Assembly: GCF_009914755.1 (NCBI RefSeq)
Contig: NC_060947.1
DNA from: the human T2T-CHM13v2.0 reference genome, Homo sapiens
Direction: 5' to 3' (one strand)
Length of the DNA: 64,000 nt
In this document: positions 29,090 to 41,900 of the stretch, piece after piece
Layout of the letters: every line of letters starts with the position of its first letter
Position numbering within the stretch: the first letter of the stretch is position 1
The notes under the pieces: generated by a model
What the model saw: the letters and a program-made list of their open reading frames with translations, nothing else
Database searches by the model: none
What the model was told of the DNA's origin: nothing
Program-made: the position numbers and the translations under genes

Positions 29090-29880
29090 GTATGGTTAAA
29101 TGAGCAAAGCAAATTAAAGAACATCATGTACAGCATGATGGCAAAAACAAGCTACATCAATAACAAAACCCTATACATGTGTATGCATCGTTGTATTTAT
29201 TGGCATTTCCACTTTCTCCACAGAAAAAGGAAATATAAAGGGCCCTTAAAGATAGAAGAGAATTTAAGAGAATAAAAGTCTCATTTAAGAGAATGAAAAT
29301 TAAAGTACTTTGAAATACATTGTTCAACCAATCAGATTTACAAAGATTCCGAAGTCTGATCATGCACCCTATTGGCAAGGCTGTGGGAAAACAAGTCCAT
29401 TTTGGAGAAAGTTCAGTATAAATTGGTCCAAACTCTGTAGAGGCCAATCTGGCAATACCTTTTAAAAATGCAAATGTATATAATTTAGACCCAGCAATTC
29501 CACTTCTGTGAATTATCCTACATGTGAAATCACATGAGCACATGGCTGAAATAGCATAAAATTGGAAACAGCATGAAATATCCATTAATAGGGGACTGGT
29601 TAATTATATTCTAAAATGTTCACACAACAATATACTAACCAACTATATATGGAAGGATGCAGAAACTCTATGTATTGATTTGAGTTAAAATGGAGAGAGA
29701 TAAAAACACATATTTGTATAGCAAAGCTCTGAAAGGATACCCAAGAAACTAACAAAATTAGTTACCTGTGGTAGTTGAGGGACAGGCATGAGAGAAAGAC
29801 TTTTCACTATATATCTTTTCGTATTTTTAGATTTTTGAGCTTGTGAATGTATACTTTATTTAAAATTTCATTAAAAAATA
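29090..29880 (+). mobile_element. Ancient L1ME-like 3' fragments (intron 1)
   Basis: tttagacccagcaattccacttctg, aaattggaaacagcatgaaatatccattaataggggactgg. Confidence 0.65.
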
Positions 29881-32800
29881 AGGCTTTCTCTTTTAAAAGC
29901 TCAGCTTAAATATGGTAACTAAGTTAATGGATGTTTACTGTTTGTGCCAGTTTAAGTATTTTAAAAATATTATATTTTTATTTCTTATAATTACGGGAAG
30001 GCATGCTAGTCTCTTAGTCAAATACTCTTCCAGGGCGACCACATAGTTCTTGTACATTACTGCCACCTAGTAGCACCATCCTGAATTGCAAGCACAGTTT
30101 AAAATTTTTTCCTAAAAATGAATAAAACACTTTGCAAGCAGATATTATGACATTTACACAGATAAAGAGATAGTTAATGTCACATACAATGTAACTTGAT
30201 CATCTGGCTTTCTCTTTAGAGATGGTGAGCTGAACCCAGAAGTAATATTAAAGAATGAAAGATTGACAGGAAATGTTGCTTTACCATTAATTCTAAGAAA
30301 CAGATTTTTCATTTCAACACACTCAGAAAACGTGAGAGTTGTTGCCCAGTTTTTATCTTAAATTCTGAAATAAGAATGTAAGCAACAATGTAAATATGCC
30401 ACAAAACTCACAGAACCCTCAAAACAAAAACAAAAAGGTAAGATTCTGAAAACATAACCTGGGATTTTTTTTTTTTTTTTTGCCTTGAGTGTTCAAATTG
30501 AATGAACCAACACTGTTGTATTGAAGAAGAAATGAAAACAAAGCTTAAGAAAAGAGCAATGCTAAGTCAAGTTGTCAACATTGTGTTGCTCAGGGTGTGC
30601 ATAGGTGAGAATGTGCAAAGTATGGGAGTGGGAGGAAGACCTCACAAAGAGGAAAATCAGGAATTAAGAAAATGTACACCACTGAGATCACCACTTTCTG
30701 GCAGCCTAGAATTATCTCTGCCTTGTAGCAGCTTCTGTTGTTTTCTCAAAACTAAATTAATTCCAGTTTGCCTTAATTTTTTAAGACGTGTCATAAAATC
30801 AAATGCTGCCTACGAAGACTTAGAACCTTGGCCCAGGCAATAATGGATTGAACAAGAGAATGACTCTCTTGCTGAACTCAGTAGCCCTGTGGCCACGCTA
30901 TGCTCTGGATACAGTCTCTGAGACATGGACTTGGCCGACGTACAGAGCCCACATTCTAATAGCTCCAATGTGGAGCCTCTGCCGGCAGGAGAGGCACGTA
31001 GGCTGGCGTGCCCGACTTTGGAGCTACCTTCCAAATGATACCAGTGGAAAAGAACAACTGGTGCCCAGATTTCCCCACCTGTCATCCTCAGGGAAATAAT
31101 ATAGCAGAGCTTACAGCGGGCCCAGCCTCCTGGGTGAGAGATGGTGTTGTGCCCACAGATCAGCTCACTCTTGGGCTGACCTTCTGGCTGGCAGAGGGTA
31201 AAGTGCTGGTTTCACGCAAGTTATCTCAGCAACAGGCTAAGTGGTATGTGCCAAGAATGGCCTTATTCTTGCCTTGCTTGCCAGGCACAGGAGGGTGGTG
31301 CTTCAGTATCCATATTTCCCCCTAGGCTGTTTTCAATACTAATGTATACTGATATTCCCTTCTGTGGCTTCTTTCAACAAATATTTTTTAACATGTATTT
31401 ATTGAGCACCTACTGTGTGTCTCCTTTTGCTCTAGCAGATAAGAGATAGGGTCAGGGGAAAAATATAGTTCCTATCCTCGATCCCTCTTCTAGCTCACTG
31501 ACTCTGCAGGCAGAGTCTTGGCCTGTTGTTTTCCTGGATGGTTTTTTAGACACATTGATAAACTCTCTGAACATCTAATTTGTATCCAGTATTCATTGCA
31601 TCATTTCTAAGAAGACCAAGTTAAGCAAATAAAATATAATGACCTTGGAATGGAGTCAGTATATCAGCCAGAATTACTTGATATTTATTGTAATTTTTAA
31701 AAAAATTATGGTATGAAGCATAAATAAAGTGAAGATAGTAGAACATAAAGCCTCTATCAAAGAAATTGCAAAAACATCAAAGATTTATAAGTGGAAGAAA
31801 GCTTGCTAGATAACCCTAGATAAAACTTCATACAGTACTAGGATCAGAAAAGCAAGAAACTCTAGGTCTAATTCAGAAAGTGTGAAGTGTTAAGTAGCCC
31901 CTTCCCAGGAACTCAAAGGATTCCAATTGGATCTAGTCAACTAGATGCCTTGGAGAATAAGTCAAATGCCTCTTCCCAAGGCAGTTAATTTATAAACTGT
32001 AAACAGCATGTTGGATTTTATAAAGCATCCTGTGCGTTCAATGAATGGTTTTTAATATTCCTAGCTGGCAGCACATCAGTAGCAGCCAAGGAGCCAAGCC
32101 TGGGCTGACCCAGAGGCAGCGGCACTGACTGCAAATGCTGCTAGGCCTCCAGCCTGCCAACTCCAGGTATCTCCAAGGATGGGCAGGCAAAAGGTCAGTG
32201 GGGAGGAAGCAGTTCTTGCTCCTTTCATCTCAGAGATAGGCACATTTCATGTGTCTAATCCAGTGCAGGGGTGGTGGGGGGGTGAGGGAATAAAGACAGC
32301 AATGACCGTCCCCAGAGTGCTACCTTAGGAGAAAAAAGACAACATTCTTGTGATTAAATAATAGTCCTCCAGTCTGTGATAGGACTCTGTGTTCTCCCAA
32401 CCTGCACTACTAGCCAAGTGTAGCCAAGCTCAGCAGTGGGGGTGATGGAGGAAGAAAAGAGATGGGAGAAACAAAAAGGATGGAGGAATATGGCCAGGGA
32501 AAGAGGCAATGAATTACAATCCTGGGGTAAATAGGAGTGCTAAACTGAAGGACTAGAAATATAAATAATTTGGAGGGTGGGGAGATGAGCCAACTGTCAA
32601 ATGCCCCCACCTATATGTATGTCCTTGGCTTGAAAAGTTTTACTGTCTGAGGAGGGACTGGAGTGGGAGGACTCGACCTTGAGCCTGACTGAAGCTTAAA
32701 ATCCTGACTTTTTTTTTCAGGCATTGTCAGGAACTCCAGAAAAACATCTCATTGTTATCCAAACTCCCACTTACCTACAGCTTTCATCTTTTCCTCCCTA

Positions 32801-33328
32801 GACCCATTGGTCGCCTATGTTGTTAGTGTTCCGTGTCCCTATACTGATTTGAAAGAAATATGGGATAACAATTTCACTGCATTCTGAAACTGATCCTCAA
32901 GCCCTGAGTCCTACCCTCCCATCATTGGCTGTGTGATCTTGAACAAGTCACTTGCCTTTTCTAGGACTCAATTTCCTCATCTGCAAAATGAACAGATTGG
33001 TCTAAATGCTTTTATGTGTCTATCCATTTCTAACAGTCTCCAACTCTACCCAAGCTTCTCAGAGTACAGCCCCTGCCTTGGGGCTACATATTCCCCAAAG
33101 CAATCCTACAAAAAGAGTTCCCTTCTTACTTAAGGAGTTAATGATTGCAAAAAACTTCTAAGGTGGTGTCTGATCCAACACTGAAGCCCAAGCTATAAGT
33201 ATTTGCCCCTTGATGAAGCTATATTGGTGGCCTGAAATAAAAACAGCCGTTAATAACCATTTGACTGAGTGCTTGCCATGTACTAAATAGTTTCTAAATT
33301 AATAATATCCTGTTAATCATAGGAAGTG

Positions 33329-33658
33329 GGCCAAGTGCAGCGGCTCATGCCTGTAAACCCAGCACTTTAGAAGGCAGTGTTGGGAGGATCACTTAAGCCC
33401 AGGAGTTCAAGATCATCCTGGGTAACACAGGGAGACTTCATCTCTACAAAAATAATAAAAAAATACTAGCCAGGCATGGTGGTACACGCTTGTCATCCCA
33501 GCTACTTGGGAGGTTGAGGTGGGAGGATCACCTGAGCATGGGTGGTTGAGCCTACAGTGGGCTGTGATCGCATCACTGCACTCCAGCCTGGGCATCAGAG
33601 TGAGACCCTGTCTCAAAAAAACAAAAGTTAACAGTAATATCAATAATAATAATAATAA
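33329..33658 (+). mobile_element. AluJ (intron 1)
   Basis: Dimeric Alu with J diagnostics; tail ends in (taa)n. Confidence 0.9.
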
Positions 33659-36600
33659 TTTGAAGTAGTGAGGATATTTAACCAGTTACTATTTCTCTTA
33701 AAACTGTCTTAAAATTTGTGCGGTTTCTGTCTAGTACCCACCAAAGCATAAACGGGGAGAGAAGAAAGGCTAATATTAATAAATCATGCTAGGATTAGAC
33801 TTCTTGCGTTTGATAATGACAATATAGGCTGAGTTCCACCCTCTTGCACCTTTCTTTTGAAAGACCCTTATTTCTTAACTGAGCTTGAGCCACAGATCCT
33901 CGTGCCCTAATGGGACAATCTCTGATACTCTGGTTCAGGATAAAAGAGAAAGATTGATTAGAAAAGTTGTCTTCTCTGCAAGTAGAATCAGTAGTCTTGG
34001 GGTCAAGAGCGAGGCCCTGTGCTTGGTAAAGTATCTACTACAGAGCTTCTCTGCTAGGGGAGGTACATTCCAGAAGCCCTGGGCTGGGACTTACATCTAA
34101 AAGAGTTGACCACTTGGTATGGCACTTGGATCCTGTGCTGAGTATCTGTGGGCTTCTATGGCCCACAGATAATCAGAAAAGAGTCATTCTGAAGAATGGA
34201 AAGACTCATTCTGAGTTTTTAACAGTTGACATAACTAATTGACTTTTAGAATACAAATCTTGCATAAATTGGAAATGACCAAGTCAGGTTACCCAAGTGT
34301 CAGGAGGTACTTTTCTGTTGAAGTCTTTTCCTCTAGGGATTTGATTATTTCTGTAAATCCAGCTACCCAAATAAAAGCTGTGACTGAGATGGGGATGAGC
34401 TGTCAGAAAATGCTTAGGGGTGGCCTTTCTATAGTGCCACAAATCAACAGTAGCCCTAAACACAGAGTCCTCTTCTATCCTTTCTTCAATGGGGAATTAA
34501 AGTAGGGAGAGAGCAGGTCATGGGAGAAGTAACAAAAGAGGAGGAGGAGGAGGAAGGATTCATTTTGAAGTTCAAAATCTGCCACTGCCCTTTCAATTTT
34601 TTCAAATAGCACAATTTCAGTCAGGGAAGGATCCCTTCATTTCACCCACTCCCTCCCAGGAAGGGGATTTTTTATGAGGAATGAGACACACTCTACTGCT
34701 CACCTTACATAAGACCCTTTAGAAGGAAAATAGGAGAGTTCTGAGACACCCAACTCAGAGGACTCAGTCTTGCCAAAATGCATGAATGTACATTCTCCCT
34801 GTGGAAAAGAAAAGGTGCCAGGTGTTCTGGGGACACCTGTGCTGAAACAACTAAACACTTGTTCTGCTGCTGTACTGCTGGCTGTGGTATGGCCTCAGGA
34901 GGAGAGGTGACCAATGTTAGCTCAGGGTACAGGCTCTCTTTTACCCTAGAGCCAAATGAGCATGTTGGCCTTTCTTCAAAGAGTGCAGCAAAGTGTTTCC
35001 AAAGCTGCGTTTGAACCTCCTCACCCGCAACAACACTTTGGAATGGTGGGTAGTGATCTCACCTAACAGCTGTAGAGCCCTTAGTTAGGAATGGGGCATA
35101 AACAATAGGAGCAACTCAGTCTTTCCATTCCCCATTCAATTTGCCTTTTCTGCCCAATGGTGGGATTTGAATACTGAATTCAATCCCGTTGCAATCCGGA
35201 ATGCTCCTAGACTCAGACATATGTCAAAGGGGCAAGGTTCTCATAAAAATCACATAAAAATACGTGTCCCTATATTGCTGATAACCCTGAACTTGTTGGG
35301 GTGGTGGTTTTCTGCTTGTCTTGATTTGCTTAAACCATGCATGCTGCAGCTATGTCTATGTCTTTTGACTGCCAGCTTCCCTGTAACAATACTATTCTGC
35401 TGCCTTTGGATTCCACATCTCAAAAGAAAAATTTAAATTCTGAAAAGGAGTAATTTTTCATAATTTGGTGGGGGGCAGTGAAATCACAGCAATGCAATGA
35501 GCCCTAAAATATCCTCTCAAGTTTTAAAGAAAAATTGGACTTTGATTAAGGATTGGATTTCTTTGATTCTTTACATCCTTTATAGTTTGTGGATACAAAT
35601 TATATTTGTACCCACATAATTAGGTACAAATGTGTGTCTCCATTTTACTTCGAGTTGAAGATAGGGGATGTTTTTTCACTTGAGGAGTTGACCTCCTTTT
35701 CAGGTAAAGACAGCAACTTCAAACACCTTCCTGGGAGGGAGAGTGGGTGAAATAAAGGGATCCTTCCCTTTCTGAAATTGTGATATTTGAAAATATTGAA
35801 AGGGCAGCAGCAGATTTTGAACATCAAAAATAATCCTTCTTACTTCTCTTTTGTTACTTCTCCCCTGACCTGCTCTCTCCCTATTTTTATTCCCTACTGA
35901 TGAAAGGATGGAAGAGGACTCCACGTTTAGGGCTGTTGTTGGTTTGTGGCACTGTAGAAAGGCCACCCTTGAGCATTTTCTGACAGCTTATCAACTTTCT
36001 TGAATGTCTTAACCTGTTGCCCTTTCATTTTTAAAGGATACTGCAATTGGTTGGATCATGGCTTAAAAGAAAAAGTTGGGATTGATCCAGGCCTTGGAAG
36101 AGAGCAAATTGTCTGAAAAATTCTTAGCTTTTGTGGAAAAAAAAAAGAAAAAAGAAAAGACAAAAATGTTATCTGTTGCAAATCTTATACCCAGTTTAAA
36201 GCTACTAGTCAATGTTTATGTCCAGATTTTGCCATGAGGGTGAAATGGACCCCAACTGGATGAATTCCTGATTATGAGCACTGGGGATATGTCGCCAACG
36301 GAAGTTACCCATTCTTTGAATTTTCTGAGTCAGCACTCTTCCTAACAAGAAAGTAGTTGTTTCAGATTGCAAACCCCATCCAGGGTTTCACGTTCTTACT
36401 GTTGAAAATGGGTCTGGGGGTAAGACTCTAGTGACATATCCTTGACCATCAGGCTCTGAGAACCTCTGATGAAGGGGACAGTGCACATGAATGGTGACAA
36501 GCAAATGACTGCCAGAGACACAAGAAAAAAGCTTTGCAGATGCAAGGGAAGCTGGCATCAGAAATAATGCCATCGGCACAATCTTCCTCAACAACTCAAC

Positions 36601-39600
36601 TGTGTGGGTGTGTGAATTTGCAGCATGCAACCTGCACAGCCAAGAGAGTACTGATTCCAGTTCCAGCCTCCCCTGCCCTGCTGCACACACATAGGGGTTT
36701 CGGAAGGATTTCCCACCCTTTGTTTTCTCCTGAAATTAAACACAGAAGTTCATGATTGCTGACCTGATGGGCGAGGAGTGGATACTACCAGCTGGAACAT
36801 TGCCACTGGCAGGGGCAGACAAGAAAACAGGAATGCTCTTAATGTCCTCCCAAAGAAAACCTTTGATGGACAAAAGAGTGGTTGTATTTTTACCCTCTCC
36901 CTTCATGCTGCCAGGCGTCTTTAAATAGATCCTCTAGCCTAGGGACTTGTATGGAATAATTCATATTAAAACCCAAGAAGTGGTAGTGGAGGGGAATTGG
37001 TTCTTTCTTCTCTTTCTTTCCCTTTCTTCCTTTCTTTTTTTCTTCTTGTCAGGCTAACAGGGAAAGACTCATTTTAATTCAGCTGCTTTAAATTTTTCCT
37101 TTTGGGTCGTTTAATGAATTTTAGCTAATTTGAAAAAGACGACCAAAGCCCCCAGAAAAAGAAAAGGAATAGGAAGCCGCCTGGTGGCTTGCTGTTTAAT
37201 ACCTTTTGGTCCCAGGGACATTAGCAGCATCTTTTAAGGATGTCACAGGGAGGTTTACATTGAGGCTCTTAAATGGGAATCTCTAATTGAGAGGTCCACT
37301 TCCTTCCATTTGCAACTCATCAACGAAACTGTTGTTCTGCTCTTAAGAGACAGAAAGAAAGAAAGAAAAAATCCCGCCCCATCTCCAAAGCCCCATGCAT
37401 TTTTTAGTTCGGATCAACCCAGAATATATTTCTCCCCTCTTTCTTTCACTAAATGGGTTTCATAAAGACATTCGGGTCTGTGCTGGCCAAATTAGAAGTC
37501 CTGTCTCTCTTTCTTTCTGTTTGGGGAGGGAGGGATGTGGGAAGGACAGACCGGGAAAGGGGGCAGGGCAGGGGCCAAGGATCCAGAGGGCTTTGTTTCA
37601 AGCCGCTTGTCTCTCCCCCGAAACAGAGAATAACCACATTTCTCTTAATGTAGGCCGAAGTGCATCCAGGCATTCCCATAGCGCTCCCACCCCAAGGCCT
37701 TTGCCGGAGATGTTCGGGTCACTGTGATGGTATGCTCGTTCCTGCCAACCCGGTCACTCCAGCCCCGCTCTCGGCAGCCCAAAGGGCAGCTAAGCCATGT
37801 GGCTGCTCCTCTCTGTGAGTGGATTCAGGCTCGGGACTACAAAAAGCCCCCCAGTCCTATCAGCCCGGCAGAGCTGGTGCCAAGAATGACATCCTGGGAA
37901 TACTATGGAGATGGGGAGATCCCATGGGCTGTTCTCCCCGGATGGAACAGGACCCAAGCTGTCTGGAAAACAGGCAGAGCAAAGAGCCAGCTGACAATGG
38001 AAGGAGCTCAGGCGAAGGGAAAAGGGGGCGGGCTGGGAGCAGTGGTGAGCAAAAGAAAAGAAAAGCCACATGCCACCCAGGAAGATTCCAGGACTGGCGG
38101 GAGGAGGTGGAGGAGGAAGGACTTGCAGGAAACAAGTACCCAGACATGGCACTGCCAGTCTAGCTGGATTCTTTTCTGAATTAGATTATGCGAAAGAAAG
38201 AAGGGAAATATATAGCCAGCCAGCTGTTCAAAGGCTTACAACCTTGCTTTTATTGTCCGGGTAAGTTGGTGAGGTGGGGCATCAGAGGAATTCCAAACAT
38301 ACCATCCCAGAGAAATTTTAATATGTTCCACAGTGTCATACACGAAGAGGAAATGACAGCTGATCACAGCCAGGGCAGGCCACAGCAACCCAGGCCCTGG
38401 AGCTCACCCACCCTGTCTCACAGCCCTGCTTCCCCGCTCTGCCTTAGCACTTCACAGTCTGTCCACCTGCCTTCCCATCCCCTCTGCTCCCACTGGCTGC
38501 TGGCCTAGTGCAGAGGGCCTGGGCAAAGAAGCAGTCACTGGCCGTCATGGGAAGAGGTGAGGATGGGCTCGAAGGCCGCTGGCCAAGAAGCTGAGGGCTG
38601 GCTAGGGTGAGTCAGGCACCCCAGGGAGTCAGAGGCATTTTAATCCAACCACGGGGGATTATCTGCTGATAAGGACCAAGTCAAGGACCCTGGTGATGCT
38701 GTTTTCAGGGTTTTTTTTTTCCCCCAGTAACCTAAACACGTGATAAAACACCATACTGGGTTATTTGAAAGCAACACTGTGTGGCTATGATGGAGACCTG
38801 GGTTTGGGGAAGAGTTTCCAACAGCTTCTTCCCAGGGGCCTCTTGAATTTAGGCCAGGCCCAGAGGTCATTTGTTTTGATACTGGGGGTGGGACAAGTAA
38901 GTGGTGAGGGATAGTGACTGCATCTTCCTCCATATGCATGTTTCTAATTCGATGATTCATCAAGTGGCCCTGATGTTAGCTACTGAGTAGGCGACTCACA
39001 CCCATCCCCAATAGAGACAGCATATGGTCCTTTCCACAGGGTGCTCAGGAGAGCAGAGAAAGGATAAACTACTGTCTTTTTCCGGGATTCTTCTACCCAG
39101 GCTGGAAAGATCTAGCCGTGTTAGCTGTGCAAATGACGTGTACCCAGGATCTGGTGAAAAAGGCCAAAGGGGAATCCCTTAATCATAAATGGAAAGAAAA
39201 CCCACTGATGAGTGAGAATCATTTCAAGTAAATCTAGAAACCAGTAGCTGTTTTAAATAATTCTTTATAACAGGAAAGTTATTGCCCACTTTACCCATTG
39301 GCAATGCCCATTTCAGTTCCAAAATCTAACTAGAGATGGCATATGGACTGAGAATTAGAGTATGGGACAATGTCTCATTCACCTTTGCATCCATTGGGAC
39401 TAGCATAGCACTGGGCATCTAGAAAATGCTTAATAAATATTTATTTAAAAATTGATGAAATAAATAATTAACCAGAGAATAATAGTACTTGAATTGTGAG
39501 TTCTTAAAATAAAGATTGCTGGCCACCATTGGTGGCTATAATTCCAAGAAACTCACCACATTTTTCAAGGGCCCAGGAAAATAAATGAGTTGGAAATTGT

Positions 39601-41497
39601 TAAATGTATTGAAAAATGATTTATTTTTCCCTTGACAGTGTCATTGGAACTCGAATTAAGATTGAAAACTCCACAGGCACATTTCCATCTGTGGGTGTCA
39701 GCTGCTTGGTACACAGTCGTAAGAAGGCCTCAGCCAGTTCTCCCGTTACCTGAACCAAATGTATTTTAAAATAAATGATGCAAAACATTGCATTTTGTGT
39801 TCAAATACTCTCATGTAATGATCTGAATAATAGTCTAAGAAAATTGTTTTGATTCAGCTAAATGCTTTGCTAACCGCAGTTTTTTTAAAAAAAAATTACA
39901 ATAAAATTTTACAGCAATGGAATCCATAGTGTCTTTTATGGCTTTCTTGACTAATGAATACCCCAAAGTTGTAAATTAACCTATTCAAATATCAGATTTT
40001 CATTCAGCGATGCTTATTGGGCTGGTTATCAGAGAAAATCAGAAAAGTTTTGCATAAACTGTGTACCAATTTGCAATGAAAACTGGCAAACAGGACCATA
40101 AAGTTTCCTTGAATTAGTAAGACTGATGAGAAGAAAATGAGCAGATATTTGCGTCTGGTTTAAACGCTCAGTTGAGAAGCATTGTGCCGTCCCCGCTGTA
40201 TTTGGTTGACACCCACAGCAACTCCCCATTTCAGTCATCTCTCTGTTTTCAAATGCACCTGGTATTTAATCTTATGTGTTGGGGTAATTTGCCAATGCCA
40301 GCTCCTTGTAATTAAAATACACTAATATTAGAAATGAAAAGAGACATGTTTCACAGCAGCCATATCTGTTATTAATGAGTTACAAAGAACTGTACAAGGG
40401 ACTCCCATCTTGCCAGATAGCTTCCTTTCCCGCACCTGAATCTCAGTAAAGATGGGAGTCTGCCTCTCATGGAGGCTTATCTGGGTTTGTCTATTACAAT
40501 GAGCCTCAGTTACTGGGCGTTCTGAGTCATTAACATTCTGTACACAATCAAACTTCCCGTCCCCCAAGAAAGAGTTATGCCCAGGCCTCCTACAGCTCAA
40601 TTGTTCATTTAAAGAGAGAACTTGTATTCCAAAGTTTGAAAGAAACCTCGGAATATCCCGCAGGTAGGAGTCATTCCTACAGGTCCTGGTCTCTGTGCTG
40701 GTGGGAGCATCCTTTCCCGGTCACTCCTTGAACATCATGCTGCAGGGACGAGCTGATGACTAAAAATAACCCCCTGCAATAAGTCCAAGGCAAACAGCAT
40801 ACATTTCCTCGGACTTTTTGCCCAATCAAAATCATACAGTAAATCCATCCTCATCTCCTGCCGGTGCTCCCCAATGCATCTATGGAAGCGAAGACCTGCA
40901 CGCTGAAAGAAGAGTGCAAGGGAGCAGGATTCCTGCAAAGCGTGACACAGAAAGCTAGAAATAAATGTTGCCTATTGTTTGAAGTCATTCTGAGCACTCC
41001 GGCAGAGCCCTGGCAGGAGATCAGCAGCATACATAAGTAGTAATAAAAGTAAACAGTGCGCTTTTAAACTCGCAGTCTTGCCTGCGTTAATAGTGCCCCC
41101 ATTGTAAGTGGGATGAGGGTGCTGGGGAAGATACTGGGCTCCATGAATCCATGTTGGCAAGTTGCTGCTTCGCAGCCCCCTTTCACGGGGTCAACTATAA
41201 GAACCATCACAAAGTTACATCTAACTACGCAGAGAGTTTGAAAAGAAAAATCTCTTTAAGTCAAACCAAAAGATATTTTCAAGCTTTTCTACGAGGCTCC
41301 CTGCTCTGTCACAGACTTCAAAGACCCGTTCATTTAAGAAACACAATGCTAGCATGCTACAGATTAATGCAAATTAAAGTAATGCAAATTTAAGTGGTAT
41401 TTAAAGGTTGTCTCTTTGTCTGAGAGGAGGATGAAATGCTCGGTTTGGAAAGAAGCGATTTCCTAGGCAAGCCGGCAGCGCTTGTTTTCCTGCTTAC

Positions 41498-41584
41498 CTT
41501 AGGGGAACGCAGGGCTCCTTTCTTCTCAGACTTTTCTGAGAGCTAGAAAGAGGTCCTGTTACTTCCAAATGCTTTTGTTCTTCT
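41498..41584 (-). other. NDP: NDP non-coding exon 1 (5' end approximate; longer forms may extend through the CT repeat)
   Basis: Strong donor AAG|GTAAGC (GT at 41497-41496), downstream of a TATA box and the CT repeat known from NDP exon 1/promoter. Start inferred ~30 nt from TATA. Implied intron 1 = 27048-41497, intron 2 = 18221-26666. Confidence 0.8.
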
Positions 41585-41607
41585 GTCCCTCTGTCACATG
41601 GCTTGCC

Positions 41608-41614
41608 TTTTATA
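41608..41614 (-). promoter_or_regulatory. NDP: TATA box (TATAAAA) of NDP promoter
   Basis: Minus strand reads gcaaaTATAAAAggc, about 110 nt upstream of the exon 1 donor. Confidence 0.7.
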
Positions 41615-41656
41615 TTTGCAACACACAAAAGTTAGGACTGTTGTTTAAGCGACACA

Positions 41657-41714
41657 GGGAGAGAGAGAGAGGGAGAGAGAGAGGGAGAGAGAGAGAGGGA
41701 GAGAGAGAGAGAGA
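41657..41714. repeat. Interrupted (GA)n/(CT)n microsatellite at the NDP promoter/extended exon 1
   Basis: About 58 nt of pure purine gggagagagagaga... with periodic ggg interruptions. Confidence 0.95.
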
Positions 41715-41719
41715 ATGTC

Positions 41720-41900
41720 AAATGGAAAAGTGCCATTGCAGTCATATATCAATCAGGCGTGCGGCCGCAGCAGCGCACTAGCAAATGGGAATGCCACGGA
41801 AATGTGAGGCGCTCGTTATCGGGGACTCAGCCTCTGCCCACCGCTCGGCTCCCTTCCACGGAGCATCTTACGATGGGAACAGCGTAGCAGAACAAGGGCG
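41720..41900. promoter_or_regulatory. CpG-enriched upstream promoter segment
   Basis: Local CpG cluster, including a NotI site GCGGCCGC at 41761-41768, in an otherwise CpG-depleted window. Confidence 0.6.

Noticed and set aside
35588-35616. Small hairpin tgtggatacaaat-tat-atttgtacccaca
   Set aside because: A 13-bp stem is too short for a pre-miRNA; plausible by chance or as a transposon remnant.
37724-38508. Cluster of overlapping 95-151 aa ORFs
   Set aside because: No recognisable domain; expected from high GC content and stop-codon scarcity on both strands.
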